From Caecitellus pseudoparvulus (taxonomy: Eukaryota > Protista > Bigyra: Bicosoecida), in contig CBFFRQ010000055.1 of NCBI GenBank assembly GCA_965644315.1, positions 62,001 to 126,000 on the forward strand: a stretch of 64,000 nucleotides of DNA. The letters run 5' to 3'. The notes below the pieces were generated by a model that ran no database searches, was not told where the DNA came from, and saw only the letters and a program-made list of their open reading frames with translations. Position 1 is the stretch's first letter. Every line of letters begins with the position of its first letter. Positions 25,601 to 34,727 of the stretch are shown in pieces. The position numbers and the translations under genes are program-made.

Positions 25601-27146
25601 TCAGTTCTAAGAGTGGCGTCGTGGCAGCCACCGAACTTGCGATCATTGCTTGTGCCGCCAAAGTGGCGTTGACGCCAGCCATGTCCAGCCGCACATCGCT
25701 GGAGTTTGCCACTGCCAGCCCCCCCCTCACTACCCGCACGCCTGGCATGCCACACAGCTCTGGAGCTTCCCCGCCTGCCACTGCAGCCACACCGGACACG
25801 ATGGCAGAAGTCCAAGGACTGGCCAAATGCAGAGTGGTGGCGGAGCCGTCTGTGGCTTGCAGAGGATGGGGCGCCACTGGAATCGCACCGGTCGCAGCTG
25901 CAGTGGCGCAGGCACTGCCAGATTCAATGGCAGCCGATATGGGCAAGTTGTGTACAAAGGTCGCGTCAGGGTCGAAGCTATCCGGGAACCACGAAGCGAA
26001 GCGGACAGTGCCCGTGGCAAAGGCGAGGGGGAGTGGGGCTGAGACGACGACGACCAAGACTCCGCCTCCGAACGGGGCTAACGTGGCCGAGACACAAGAA
26101 GTAAGCCCCGCAGGGCCATCCGTCGAAACAGAAGGCGGGAACCTGTTGCTGTCAGCAAGTGTGGGGCACTGGCTCACCGGCAGGAGTGCGCCAGGCAAGG
26201 TGACTTGCAGACCTCCCGAAACACTGCCGCTTAGCCCGAGCCCAGCCGCGATCCAGCATGAGTGTCCCGCAGGGACCTGCAGGGTCAATTCCAAGGACGC
26301 GTTGCTCGGGTTGTCGACGAAGATGGGGAGTCCCTGTGTCGTTGCGAGGGTGGCCGCCTGGCGAGGCACAGGCAACGCAGCTGCCAAGGACTGTGGCAAC
26401 AACCGGGGTGCTGGCACGCGCACCTGCACCACGAGAGTAGCAATGGGCACCCCCACTATGAGCACAGGGAGCTGGGGCTTCAGGTCACTCAGGACGTCGT
26501 TGTTGGGTGTCACGAGCACGTCAGCCCGCACACAGGTTCGCAGCACGTGCGAGGGCAGGAAAGAGCCCAAGGTGGCGGCGACAGACAGGTGCGATTCCAC
26601 GACGACTTGGTCTGTAGGAGTGGTGAGAGCGGGTAGCACACTCGCACTTTGCCTTGTGGCGGCGGCATGCTCTGCAGACAGCACAATGGCCAGGCTGTCG
26701 TTTGCCGCCCAGGCACCCCCTGGCCTGCAGGCTGCGGAAATGGAAGCCGCATTCGAGCACAGGCTTTCCACGGCACTACGAGACCCTAGCGCTCCTAGAA
26801 ACGAACTGGATGAAGTTGACTCACACACACTGCAGAATCTGGGGGAAACTATGCCGCCCTGCACCTGCACGACGCCCGTCAGAGGCTCTCCGTGGCTCGT
26901 CAAGTTCAGAGGTCCCGGCGACAACGTGAGAGGCACAGAAGCGTACGCCGAGCTGCCGCTGGCGGCCAGGCGCAGGATGATGGTGGGGACACTGTCGTCG
27001 CATGAACTCTGGCCGGCGTCGAACAGCCGCTGGCCAGCCGCAGAAGGCAGGGCGAAGCACGTCAGCACAACCACCAACAACGCCCGAAAGGCAGGCCCAT
27101 CGAATCGGCAGTCAACTGGCCTACCCCGCCCGTCAACCTTCGCCAT
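16629..27146 (-). CDS. Giant (~3500 aa) apparently single-exon signal-peptide/Cys-rich/multi-pass membrane protein of the protist GPCR-like or adhesion-like type
   Basis: Uninterrupted 10.5-kb ORF. Signal peptide (ALLVVVLTCFALPSAAG); Ephrin_rec_like/GCC2-GCC3 repeats (CIPCTVSTFS, CLPCPAGS..G...C..C); CP..LGC...C..G...G.MCSVC..G...C..C motif before the first TM; several TM helices; long basic, disordered tail. Confidence 0.8.
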   Translation of the reverse strand: MAKVDGRGRPVDCRFDGPAFRALLVVVLTCFALPSAAGQRLFDAGQSSCDDSVPTIILRLAASGSSAYASVPLTLSPGPLNLTSHGEPLTGVVQVQGGIVSPRFCSVCESTSSSSFLGALGSRSAVESLCSNAASISAACRPGGAWAANDSLAIVLSAEHAAATRQSASVLPALTTPTDQVVVESHLSVAATLGSFLPSHVLRTCVRADVLVTPNNDVLSDLKPQLPVLIVGVPIATLVVQVRVPAPRLLPQSLAAALPVPRQAATLATTQGLPIFVDNPSNASLELTLQVPAGHSCWIAAGLGLSGSVSGGLQVTLPGALLPVSQCPTLADSNRFPPSVSTDGPAGLTSCVSATLAPFGGGVLVVVVSAPLPLAFATGTVRFASWFPDSFDPDATFVHNLPISAAIESGSACATAAATGAIPVAPHPLQATDGSATTLHLASPWTSAIVSGVAAVAGGEAPELCGMPGVRVVRGGLAVANSSDVRLDMAGVNATLAAQAMIASSVAATTPLLELSTPAELDVQRPGQGVVSVHARLTAPSALASATVTALLHLHSNASDRVSVRTSSPVRGSVNLFSQPHGGGTVFPQQTDQSLLLPAPLSLQFRRGLPSEAASFAFSLTSSVQRELLPLILRQFDGEQGASPPVGGVSDACWMSGLVVLRDRLGQPASLQSATVVLSISYTVHTRTNGTAVAFPGEATLELQNGTVTNRSSSGQLVLDVTDVPSFSAAALGVPSALPYGLEHAATATAQIPLIMGRRSMFFLPAEDGSMAAAEGILRNMTTHAHDSEPAWLLLLGLKPWALPLQGSLAIHAVSISVQGGAQWEAASGVGEPYSFHLSGQPALPAALGSIESPIIVNQSSCSALMAGLRAQPVVTAGLLRLVGNSSGIEPPTECSCRAGFAAAFFSSQLSGGSTATELFQPGSHSDLAFLRPQAGALPTLADSRCIPCTVSTFSAGGSVMELVPSTLRSPAARQFALSGQARELLWQPSMGGCLPCPAGSLGPAGGTDASQCRACSTALSKGACGEKRPGQGSRGNGSVATLTVAGSVVSPAWMPWLGAVATQGLVLSAGDSVSQQASLRNANASLVSVGIPVPQPVAALPPPPASRGALVRAHIQTVTGDLPGDLRTAQFVAALSGGWSWVRSSFLALAPASFLVPMTRICPNPLGCLTEVDLAPLQPETTGVELRTPGSGNKRQPHTLPSAGHGPTQLSGNTPPATRQRTASMCVEGSGLELPMDRLAWGAGMSNVAALYMPAATTNVVVGGPPQASPVSTSARSSASAHMAAWGLGDSSSVNTATAPWFAAGGVYGSNGSAHMCSVCGHGFQHDPPALGAMASCRSCASVTGGTTAVVSLIGAAFALLLIPWWVAHWADLVFESPGIEPLPALSLAAGLTGSTADLEQESEGEWDEVEDLSRGRESRAFTFRRAGTGARKQRAPRRSVYVGSNPRAAALVRSHAHRLKVLQRQWSRFSAPVMLAGVTKSHKLAVVPPRHASEALDGLSAAQASRRSTLAAFAKAARKTTSLLPAEASTSEAPGVKAGGPRLVVPEFPFQRTLSVQRWWAALQRPYAGGPMTGVAHGQRSTLPPPMVPPGESWAQPSEDGVSHVTTAGATGSGVGGAEVTQQGTHNEEGVLGGVNDDLGSLSWRHMGQEELWNLRAEALGVQAGGDTWRGTVGVPDMHVLDPPMALGCMDELLAAEVAAADTESRPPAPVQVIHPHRRVSHDDSGRALLRPASSVVPSSQFRAQAGSAHSDTLSAAVQAYAGIAHCPSPHSGILLQDYHPTRTGEHAQTAEAGGMTQAELDAVAAADPSQRVEASCSCTPCGGSSPTQTNTASVSDPYNVARGFPYCSTASAGRGPQGCAAWRANTLPRACACLSPEEAMLHTEGAHTTEVAQHMAEVHKTLADTQVVPPLGASLPMSVRLVFTGAPGLWRRRVARPARLLRSARDRVLGAGEDFAKAAKATRRAQRREKRSREAATAAAKSRARSGKALGPEDDSESEGMLGDEWTLGGSGQGGAPDDMLLEGTAPASTPLHAGLLRWVATTLLLQQVIMFVLLSHMDVLCPGASPDAYATVEQWWDQRGGASLVARIEKRLEDRSIDLRNRRIPELGGLPPVLGLSPLQVLGGASPVSILRDVFAGLLIVPVHSFQAACSSEREQNSPFAGVGLPLLGAAVAVLVLGALSATLAIQARCCWLSASTYDSVTDVGRADELFIEADAGPEGPTAAQRKRPKGQLAACGLAAPESEEPAGVDVPAGRCTPRDGQAPCRLRCSEGGCAGLGVPSLYCHDVALASVSMTTMMLLPLLWHGAVMALPSFSTGLRAAVRQMLITQRWVRDPDEVDSEAAAAAEAEGTAAPDPSEDGVDVGVHDSFLVSHPATSTADVEGTAVTIMGGFLVLLALVLLLALLFTARNSTTRSDITHNAKVEARRIPGREGTFQRLLGHLTLRGHVDLRWWVVNLAVGGWYAAWLPLRARDIEEEAKKEAAIAASDAPVESGAPSIGGQGGSRRKVRRASVSARLTAAGAGKAEQAPTMATPTGHAATVGGGTRLGMTYGEWVLRMWRRFGWLWGAMAPEGWAGWWATYYTVTMLLPLFQLSFTDPSARAMACACLMVVFGIAHEVWHPYVHRQAESHAADVECDSLHMVHLHVDMAPPREALLAQLKALAQSEGKTLEQAGYDALSAEEALAVLAQHLGEGASLTTWSTVSHSSRETSWSHRSVLHHRREGGGEGGGAASDAPREARPDDAPEVVGVEYNHAQAELHHLLSQVSVWSSVLQAVMLAVPGMRLMGADAEQRTSGSVCVDYAASLSAFMQGTSAFTYVPTPGLEALGGIPGPSFRGQQGSGVGAAAEEALYAAMHRMSWIMADVATARSMAVAAFLLPFLLLLCMSFFSRSAHMACLWCGMSCGSVQARVCALSCSVVGLGYDFVQNVLCCGFCRAVCCTARDWSAGANVAQDEDGATNAQARVMASMGIAPEVPDAKEVWRWLEFLAFTGRVQRGWADGGHPCDALPPARDHYKRRAKTVVLSSPHADTDQHIWSTPTSPRPGEGSFDMPSPRVTRRATVAVPQAQQPSAPGSRKAVHDVLRGQTGGVRVAPEGPTTRTRRHTSTGGNAGHTTLVSESKHSSAGGQVVKNPLMLMESKALATNPMVGAGGALGPPRRRRASSAAGSTGSGTTAELPSGASQATLDRAKEYRHSLLSQPDGRSMSQALRARRASTRSRPASTRPRGSSAGIEMRSIKAGTGEAAAAVETPAAGTAAETKAGVVETSNEGDGTGGVQQPVDAPAGVTKHEAQALESQEAADAAAAKAARKAAKKAKKAKKKAKKSAEASAAAGDDAAADAYFASRDMEVSGSLRSQQAAFASIAEEQTIANPLDAVAAVSEVVSTGVGSGAGAADPDKARRPPKKKKSKKSKRPKHADEGPGGEGEPAGLAQMGLSEVLGEDAAAKAARKAAKKAKKAKKKAKAAAMVAAAEAVGPLATAAASGDARAERAARAAAVPPPA
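16744..17232 (-). repeat. Duplicated ~66-nt coding motif encoding DAAA(A)KAARKAAKKAKKAKKKAK (copies at ~16744-16810 and ~17164-17232)
   Basis: Two near-identical Lys/Ala segments in the C-terminal tail of the giant protein, differing mainly at synonymous sites. Confidence 0.8.
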
Positions 27147-27847
27147 GCTCACTGGCGGCAATCAGGCCCACCACAACCCCACAATCACTTGTCCCTCCTT
27201 CGGCTCTTCCCTGCGGTACGCCTCGAGTCACATATACTGGGGACTAGTCGAGCTCCCTGCCGAAGCCAACCAAAAACACTGGCAACGGGAGAGTTTGCGC
27301 CAGCCCCTGCTCTCAGGAGACGACCTTGCAGCCGTGAGTCGTTCCTCGCTCAACTTGGCGGGTTAGACTTGTAAATTGCCGGGAATCTGGACAGTGTCTT
27401 GGCCACTCCGACACGATGCCCCCCTCTCAATACGCGATGAGCTCTGAAGAGAAGGCAAAGTACCTCGTTTCGCTCCGTTTGTTGTCTCTCTCTGGGAAAA
27501 AAGAGAAATTGATCGTTCTTTAGAGATCCACCCCACACCATGCATTTTCTCAGGAAAAAGACGCCCCCCAGAGACCTTGTCGGCGCAGGATTGAGGCGGT
27601 CAGCCACTTCTTTGACCGGTCGCCTTGCGGAATTCACTTGCGGGGGAGCGTCACCTGCGCGGGTGGAGCACGTGCGGCTTGCTGCTGCGGTAAAATGCAC
27701 GGCCCACACAGTAACGTCGTGCTCTGTCACAGTTGAGTTCTGCAGCTTCCCCCTGGCTCCCCCAAAGTGTGCCCAGCAGCGCTGCCTTGCTTGCTTGCCA
27801 CGCAGCAGGCCGAGTTCCGCAGCCTGCTCTGGCCTTCCCCGCTCAGC

Positions 27848-28809
27848 ATGGCAGCAGCCAGCACAGCGCGCAGACGCCTGTTGCTTGATCTGAAGAGTCT
27901 CCAGAAAGATGCTCCAGTCGGAGTAAATGCGACGCCTATGGAGGGGTAGGTGCTGCTTGCTGCCACCGTACCAGGCCTGGAATGTGCCGCCACAACCCAA
28001 GCCTCTGCCAAGTGCGCAGGAACCTGATGGCGTGGCAAGCTATTATCCTTGGGTAGGTGCTGATAATTTGGGCTCTCACGGGCAACAAAACGCTTGTTGC
28101 CTGGGCGCGGCGCGCAGGCCACGCTAGCGCGAGAACCATCGTTGGCGTTTCGCTTTGGCACGCCGACTGTGCAGCATGCGCCTGCCCCCTTTGCCACAGG
28201 CCTGACGACACACCGTGGGAGGGAGGTGCGCCAACATGGCACATTCTTGCTGCCCTTCCTCGTCGGGCGTAGCCCACCTGCGGTGCCCTGCCCGCCTTTC
28301 CCGCGCAGGCACATTCCACCTCTTGCTGGACTTCACGGAAGAGTACCCCAACAAGCCTCCCAACGTGCGCTTCGTGACCAAGGTTTACCATCCTAACGGT
28401 GCGTCCAAGCTGTGTGAGTGCGCACTTGCAGGCGCGTCGACTGTGCGAGGGCGCCTTCCTCCCTGCAGTGTACGCCGACGGCAAGATCTGCCTGGACATC
28501 CTGCAGAGCAACTGGACCCCCATTTACAACGTGGCATCAGTGCTGCAGAGCATCCAGTGCCTCCTGACAGACCCCAACCCCGCGTCCCCCGCCAACTCCG
28601 AGGCGGCGAAGCTGTTCGAGGAGAACCGAGAGGAGTACCACAAGAAGGTGCGGGCGTGTGTTGAGGCTAGTTGGGTTGAAGGTGACTTGGGCGGCGACAG
28701 CGGCAGTGACAGCGGCTCTGGAAGCGGTAGTGACAGTGACAGCTCAGACGAGGATGAAGACGGCGACAAGACGCTTGCAGCCTCTGCTGCAGCGGCGCCT
28801 GGGACATGA
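27848..28809 (+). CDS. UBC2: Ubiquitin-conjugating enzyme E2, RAD6/UBC2, with acidic Ser/Asp tail
   Basis: Five exons: [17 protein letters not shown] / [11 protein letters not shown] / PDDTPWEGG / TF...[20 protein letters not shown] / [38 protein letters not shown]. Confidence 0.95.
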
Positions 28810-28816
28810 ATGCATT
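28809..28816. terminator. AATGCATT palindrome overlapping the UBC2 stop, in the 26-bp spacer before the convergent TMEM62-like stop
   Basis: Sequence acaTGAATGCATTgcag. Confidence 0.5.
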
Positions 28817-28835
28817 GCAGTTGTCGCGCGCTGCC

Positions 28836-31495
28836 TCAGTCGTCGTGGCCGTGGGACACCGCGCACAGCTGTCGCTTCGCGTCCGTGCCCACCAGGACCA
28901 GGGCGGCACCGAACACCAGGAGGGGCAGGTACACTGTCACGATGCCACCTGCAGCACACCATGGGCCGTGCAAGACCAGGACTGGTGCGGGAAGGACCAC
29001 GGCCGCCAGCGCCACGGGCGCCAGGAGCACCACGCCAGCGAGCGAGAATGGGGGGGAAATGGACTGACTCGGGGCGATGGCAACTGAGCGAGGCTGCCCA
29101 GGTCCGCCTTGGTGCCAGACGGCCTGCGCCTTTGCTTGCTGCAGCTCCACATGGGCTTGGCCGGCCAGGGAGGCAGTGCGGCGTGGGTGGTGTGCGGCGT
29201 ACATGGACGCCAGCTGCACTGCAGGTGCAAGGCACAGGAGCAGCACCTGCACCTCTGTGATGTCCTCGTCTAGGTTGGGCAGGAGTGTCCAGGCATCCTT
29301 GGCATGCACCAAGAGGCCCCACGCAAACATGATGCTGGTGGAGTTGTTGAAGAGGGGGCCCACCATGAGTGGGCCCACAGGCAGGTACACCCCAGCAAGC
29401 AGCAAGAACCAGAACGCCCACGGGAAGTTGTGCCGGAGGTTGATATACGGGCCCCAAGCCCTCAGTAGCAACGCCTTCCACCAGCTCCTCGTGCCTGGGC
29501 CCGCCTGCCTTGCGTTCATGTCCAGGCCCGGCACTCCGTCTGCAAGTCCGCTTCGCAGGGCGCCCTCAACGACTAACGCGCCAAGCAAGGTGGAGTACAC
29601 GACGACGAAACTCAGAGCGGTGGAGACGGACTGCAGGACACCCCTGAAGCTCTTTGTCGTGAACCACTGGCTCAGGCTATATGGCACCTCCAAGATGGAC
29701 CCATCTACGGTGAATGGCTGCACGACGAGACGCCGGTTGTCGGCCCTGTCCACCACCTGCACTTGGATGATGTGGGCGCCTGCCGGCAGGGTCCCACGCA
29801 GGGAGGCAGCTTCACGGGAGAGCTCAGCGGGCCCCTCTGGCACGCCCCGTGCACTTAGGACCTGCTGCAGCGTGTCGTCTGGCACCTCCACCCAGCACAC
29901 TTGAGCTGCCAAGCTGTCAGGGTGCTTGGGGGGGTTCGTCTTCAGTGGGGGGAATCCACGCCGGCCAGTCGCCCTGGCCGTGTGCAATGTGGAGCCACCC
30001 ACTCGCACGTCTGGGTGCGTCTTGGGCGCAAGGCAAGGACCAGGTGCAGGGCATTCGTGTGCCTGTTCGGAGAAGTACGCGTATGTGAAACTGTCTCCAT
30101 GGAAGGGCAGGGGGTCACAGCGGAGCTCCAGGACGTGTCCCGCGACCTTTGTGGGGTGGTACGCTGCCACCATCTCGCCGTTGATGCGCACTGACACGTA
30201 CGTGACTGGCTGTGGAGACCACACCACCATTCGAATGCGGTGTGTCTTGCCCTGGAGCTGGGATGGGCTCCAGGGCGTGTCAAACCGCGCGTCCACGGGG
30301 GACGTGATGAGCACCACAGGCCAGGCGGACGTGTCGGTGTCCACAAAGGACAGGGCCCCAGCATCCCAAGCAGCCAAACGGAAGGCACTGTTGTACTTGA
30401 AATCAGCAACCTCCAGCTCCATGGTGCCACCCGCGTGTCTGCCGTACAGTTTCGAAAGCGGCTTCGCCCAGCGGTGCAGGTGCCCTGACACAGAGGCGCT
30501 CACGTGGTACTTCGCCAGCAACCCCTCGAAGTCCAGGCCCGAGCTGGTGGTGTCCGCTACCAGGCTGTTAAAGGGGTAGTGCCCCATGACGAGTGTGCCT
30601 GCTGGCTTGGGTTCCCGCGACAGCAGCGTCTCCAGTTCGTCCATGTCTGCCGTGGTCAGGCGCCCGAAGAAGTGCCGAGTGGGCGCCGGCTCCACCACTG
30701 CATCGAAGACGACAGTGCGGAAGACAGCCCCCGTGCCGTCGGTGTGGTCGACGGAGTAGTGGCGGTGGTTCAGCACCTGCCCCAGGAGGGAGTCCTTGGT
30801 TCGCGCAGATGCACTGATGTACGGGTTCACGGACGGGTCTGACCAGTGAGGGACGTTGAAGCCGTCATGGTTGCCCCGCACATCATGCCAGGCAATGCTT
30901 GACGTGTCTTTGAGCAGGGAAAGGTGTGGGTACCAGTGCTTCGCAGCGACTAGGCCATGGCAAGACACGCGAGTGCTACGCACAATTGGACAGCAGGGTC
31001 TTGTACAAGTCCCACTCCTCCTTGACTGGACCACGCTTTCCAAAGGTGAACCACCGATTCGTGTCAGTCAAATCTCCGCTTGTCTGGGACGAGGGCCGGC
31101 TACCAATACAGGTGCCAGCGCCAGGCTCAGCGCCGGCACACTCACGAGGACGAAAGACGGCGCGAGCAACGGCAACGTCTCGGCCATCCATTTCTCGAGG
31201 CGCGCGTTTCGCTCAGGAGCAAACTTAGAGATGTGCAAATCAGAAATCTGCAAGGAAGGGGGGAGGGGCGCGGGTGTCGCTGCTCTTGCTGCGCGTGGGC
31301 GAGGCCACAAACCTGCACGAAGGGCAGCAAATCCGCATGTGGCCCCGAAGGCTTCCCAGGCTCTTGTGGGGGTTCCACTTGACGGCTGACGGCGGGGATC
31401 ACGCCAAGTTGCGGGGACAGCTGCACGTCAGAGAGAACCAGTGCACTGAAAGCGCCGGCGGCGAGAAGGGCCGGGATAGCGACGCCGTGGCACAT
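28836..31495 (-). CDS. TMEM62-like calcineurin-like metallophosphoesterase with C-terminal TM region
   Basis: N-terminal anchor MCHGVAIPALL...; motifs ISDLHISKF, SGDLTD, EEW..Y, WHDVRGNHD, MGHYP, SGHLH, ELEVADFK...FRL...D; 4-6 C-terminal TMs; introns in the 5' part. Confidence 0.85.
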
Positions 31496-31564
31496 GGCTG
31501 GCTCTACAGCGAAACGCCGGTGAAACTGCGCTGGCAAGCACAAGTGGATGCATTGGGCGCAGGC

Positions 31565-34500
31565 CTACTTGCGAGCCCGCTTCGAGGGAGTAGCACGTTT
31601 GCCCTTGCCCTTGCCCTTTGCCTTGGACTTCTTTTTGAACTTGGCCGCCACTGTCGCTGCGTCCTCATCCAACTCCTCTTCCTCGTCGGCTGAGAGCGTG
31701 CCTTCCCGCGCGACTCCGTCGTCTGCAACGCTCTCCAAGGACACTGGCGTGGATGGAGCACCCCTGCGTTTCCTGCCCCCTAGAGAAACATCGTCTTGCA
31801 GTGCCTGGCTTCGGTGCGTGGAGGCGTTGTACGCGCGGGTGAGTTTGGACTTGACAGCGCCAGGCACCCTCGCAAACCAATCCGTGGTGATGCCCTTGAA
31901 CTGGAACTCTTGCAGCCTGCGCAGTGTGAAGAAGGGCCAAGCGTGGCAATGGCCTGCACGTGCATGCATGGGAAGGAGCGCTGCCTCACGATTCAGTCAG
32001 GTCTTGCTTGGACAACCCGTACGAGTCAAGCATTGCGATGGTGTCCGGAACACCGTCGGCACCCTGCGAACACAGGCGGCCAGGGTTGAGACACACTGTC
32101 TGCAACTCGGCACGGCGGCTGGGCATACCTTTTCGAGCATGGGGGCGTAGAAGGCAGACTTGAGCGTCTCCATGTAGTGCATGCGCAGAGACTGGCTGCC
32201 GCCAGACACGCGGTGGTTCAAGTGCATGCTCAATTCGCCCAGCAGTCGCCTGCGCTTGCCCATGGTGGAGTTCTTCCCGAACCACTCGGGGAAGCCTGGG
32301 AAGGCCACGCTGCCACTGGCGTGGTACGCGGCCTTCACGTTCATGGCCGCCACCGAGGTGAGCAGGCTCCACTGCCCCCGCATGCGAACGCAGTTGGACA
32401 TGACGTCTGACAGTGCAATGGCATCGGCTGCGTCTGCCATGCGGGCAAGCTTGGAAGTGGGCGCTTCCCCCCGCGGCGTCTGCACGCTCTGCGGCATGGC
32501 TTGCTGCACCAGCAGGGGGATGAGGTCGTAGTCCACGAAGAAGGAGTTGTAGCGCTCCGTGAACGTGCTGGACCGCACATCTGAAAAGAGCGTCTTCTGC
32601 GCGGAGCGGGCAGCGGCGGGCTGCAGTGTGGGCGGCGCGAGGGCGCAGGGCTGAGGCTCGCCCAGCACGCACAGTGACATCAAAGCCATTCAGCCGCAAG
32701 GACTTGTCCTTCTGCGACGTTGCCTCGGCTGCCTTCATGGCTGCAAAGGTCAGCCTGCCATCGGCGCCGTGGGGTGAGTTGGCCCACATCTGCAGCATGT
32801 GCACGGTCTGCCGAATGTCGTTCCCAGACGTCTCCACCAGGTACTCCAGGGCGTTGGGCTCAGCGGCCAGGCCCTGTTCGGCGGCGATGAGGGCCAAGCG
32901 CTTGGCCACCTGCTGCTTGTTGGGCCTGCTGAACTTCAAGTCCAGGCAGGAATTGGCGAGGCTTCGCACGCTGGACTTCTGGCGGTCATTGCAGATGCAG
33001 ATGATGGGGCGCCGGGTCGTCTTGATGATGCGGATGAGCTCTGCGTTGCCGCCCCGGTCGCCGCTGGACATACCGTCCACCTCGTCCATAATCACCACCT
33101 GCCGGGCTGTCGTCGCGCCACCGCCCGGCGCAGCTGAGCCGCCTCCTGGAGCCTTGGCGAAGAAAGTGATGGCCCGGTTGCCCACGACCTCTGCGAGGGT
33201 CTCCTTGAGACTTCGCTTGGAGCGGGTGTCACTGGCGTTCATCTCCTGCACCTGGTACCCTACAGCCCGCGCCACGAGCAAGGCGGCGGTGGACTTCCCG
33301 ATGCCTGGAGGCCCTGATAGCAGCACTGCCCTGGCCCCGGGGTTCGTACCTGTGCGCGCATCGAAGGCTGGCTTGGGCTTGGTTTTCTTGATGTGAATGG
33401 CCTCCCAGTCCTTCAGCCAGGCCACCAGTCTCCCAATGAGAGCCTTGTTCCCAACTAAATCCTCCACAGACGCTGGCTTGTACCGGTCAACCCACATGGC
33501 CTCCTCTGCGCCACGCTGGCGCTGGGCAGGTCTCGCCATGGGCATGCTGCCACCCACCTTGGCCACAGCCCGGGGCGCCTTTGGTGTGCTGCGCTTCGGC
33601 GCAGGCTTGGTGGGGAGCGGGGCGGGCTCTACGCGGCAGGGGGGGGGGGTGATGCAGCGGCTGCCGCGGCATGCCAGGCGTACATCGGCACTCACCTTGT
33701 GCAGGTCGGGAGGCGAGGAACTCCAGGAAGGCCGGCAGGGTCAGTGTGGGCACTCCTCTCTCCTTGGCAGCGCGGTACTTGGCGCTGGCCGATACCGGGT
33801 CCCCGCTCTCCAGAGCGTCGCCCGTCAGCAGGTAGTGCGTCTTGCCGGAGACGCTTCCAGTCACAGTCCCACCGTACGTCTTAATGATGTCGCACACCTC
33901 CTCCCGGTCCAGCTGCGGGAAGACCCCCGTCACGGCCAGCGCCACGCCTTGCAGGCAAAGGCGCTTGGCGCTCGGCACAGTCTGCACGGCAGCAGCGGCG
34001 ACGTGCGGCGCGTGTGCACTGCTTGGCTCATCGTAGGTCACGTACGAAGCGCCCGAAGGTCAACGCAGGCATGGAATCGGGCGCAAGTTCAGGCGACTTT
34101 GCCTTCGGCTTGCGAGGCGGGAGCAGCGCGGCTGCGTCTTCGTCGCTGTCACTGCTGTCACTTAGAGTGTGCGCAGCGCGCGCTGAGCCGGAGGCAGGCG
34201 TACCTGGACCACTAGACGCGCGGCTCGAGGCGGCGCCTGTGGCGCCAGCTAGTGCAGGCCGCTTTGCCTCCGCAGCACGGGTAGAGCCAGGCTCCGCGTC
34301 CGTTGGGGCGGTGGTGCGCCCGCGCTTTGAACTCTTGCGTCCGGCCTGTGGCACAATGACTGCATCGTCGGAGTCAGATGCGGATTCTGCAGGTACAGGT
34401 TTCCTTTCCCTATCTGCTTTGGCTGCTTCTGCAACCTTGGGCCTGCGAATGGAGCAGGGTGGGGCGTGCCGGAAGCTCTTTGAAGCAGGCAGCCCAAGGA

Positions 34501-34727
34501 CACCGCTCACTCCTTCGCTTTGTCTGCAGGGTGAGGGGGACGATTGTGTGCTCGCAGAAACAAGGCTTCAAGAAGCACAGCACGGACCTGCAGGTGTTGC
34601 TTCGGAAGAGTCCGTAGGCGTGGCTTTTTTCTTTCCCTGCAGAGCACGTGCGGAAAATGAGCTGAGTCCCAGCAGCCCTTGCCTTGCAGACACATACGAA
34701 AAAGGCCAGCAGCGTGCCGCCCTTCAT
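31565..34727 (-). CDS. RFC1: Replication factor C large subunit
   Basis: BRCT domain (VTGVFPQLDREE...YGG.VTGSVSGKTHYLLTG...KY..A...GV); WVDRYKP; Walker A GPPGIGKS; EMNASDTRSK; IMDEVDGMSSGDRGG; PIICICND; FPEWFGKNS; VKSKLTRAYN. Multiple introns; start MKGGTLLAFF is inferred. Confidence 0.95.

Noticed and set aside
19489-27366. Long plus-strand ORFs (584 aa and 647 aa) antisense to the giant membrane protein
   Set aside because: Mirror-frame shadows expected in GC-rich coding DNA; no recognisable motifs.
27430-27450. GATGA-GCT-CTGA resembling C/D boxes in the divergent promoter region
   Set aside because: The boxes are only 3 nt apart with no guide sequence or terminal stem; likely chance.
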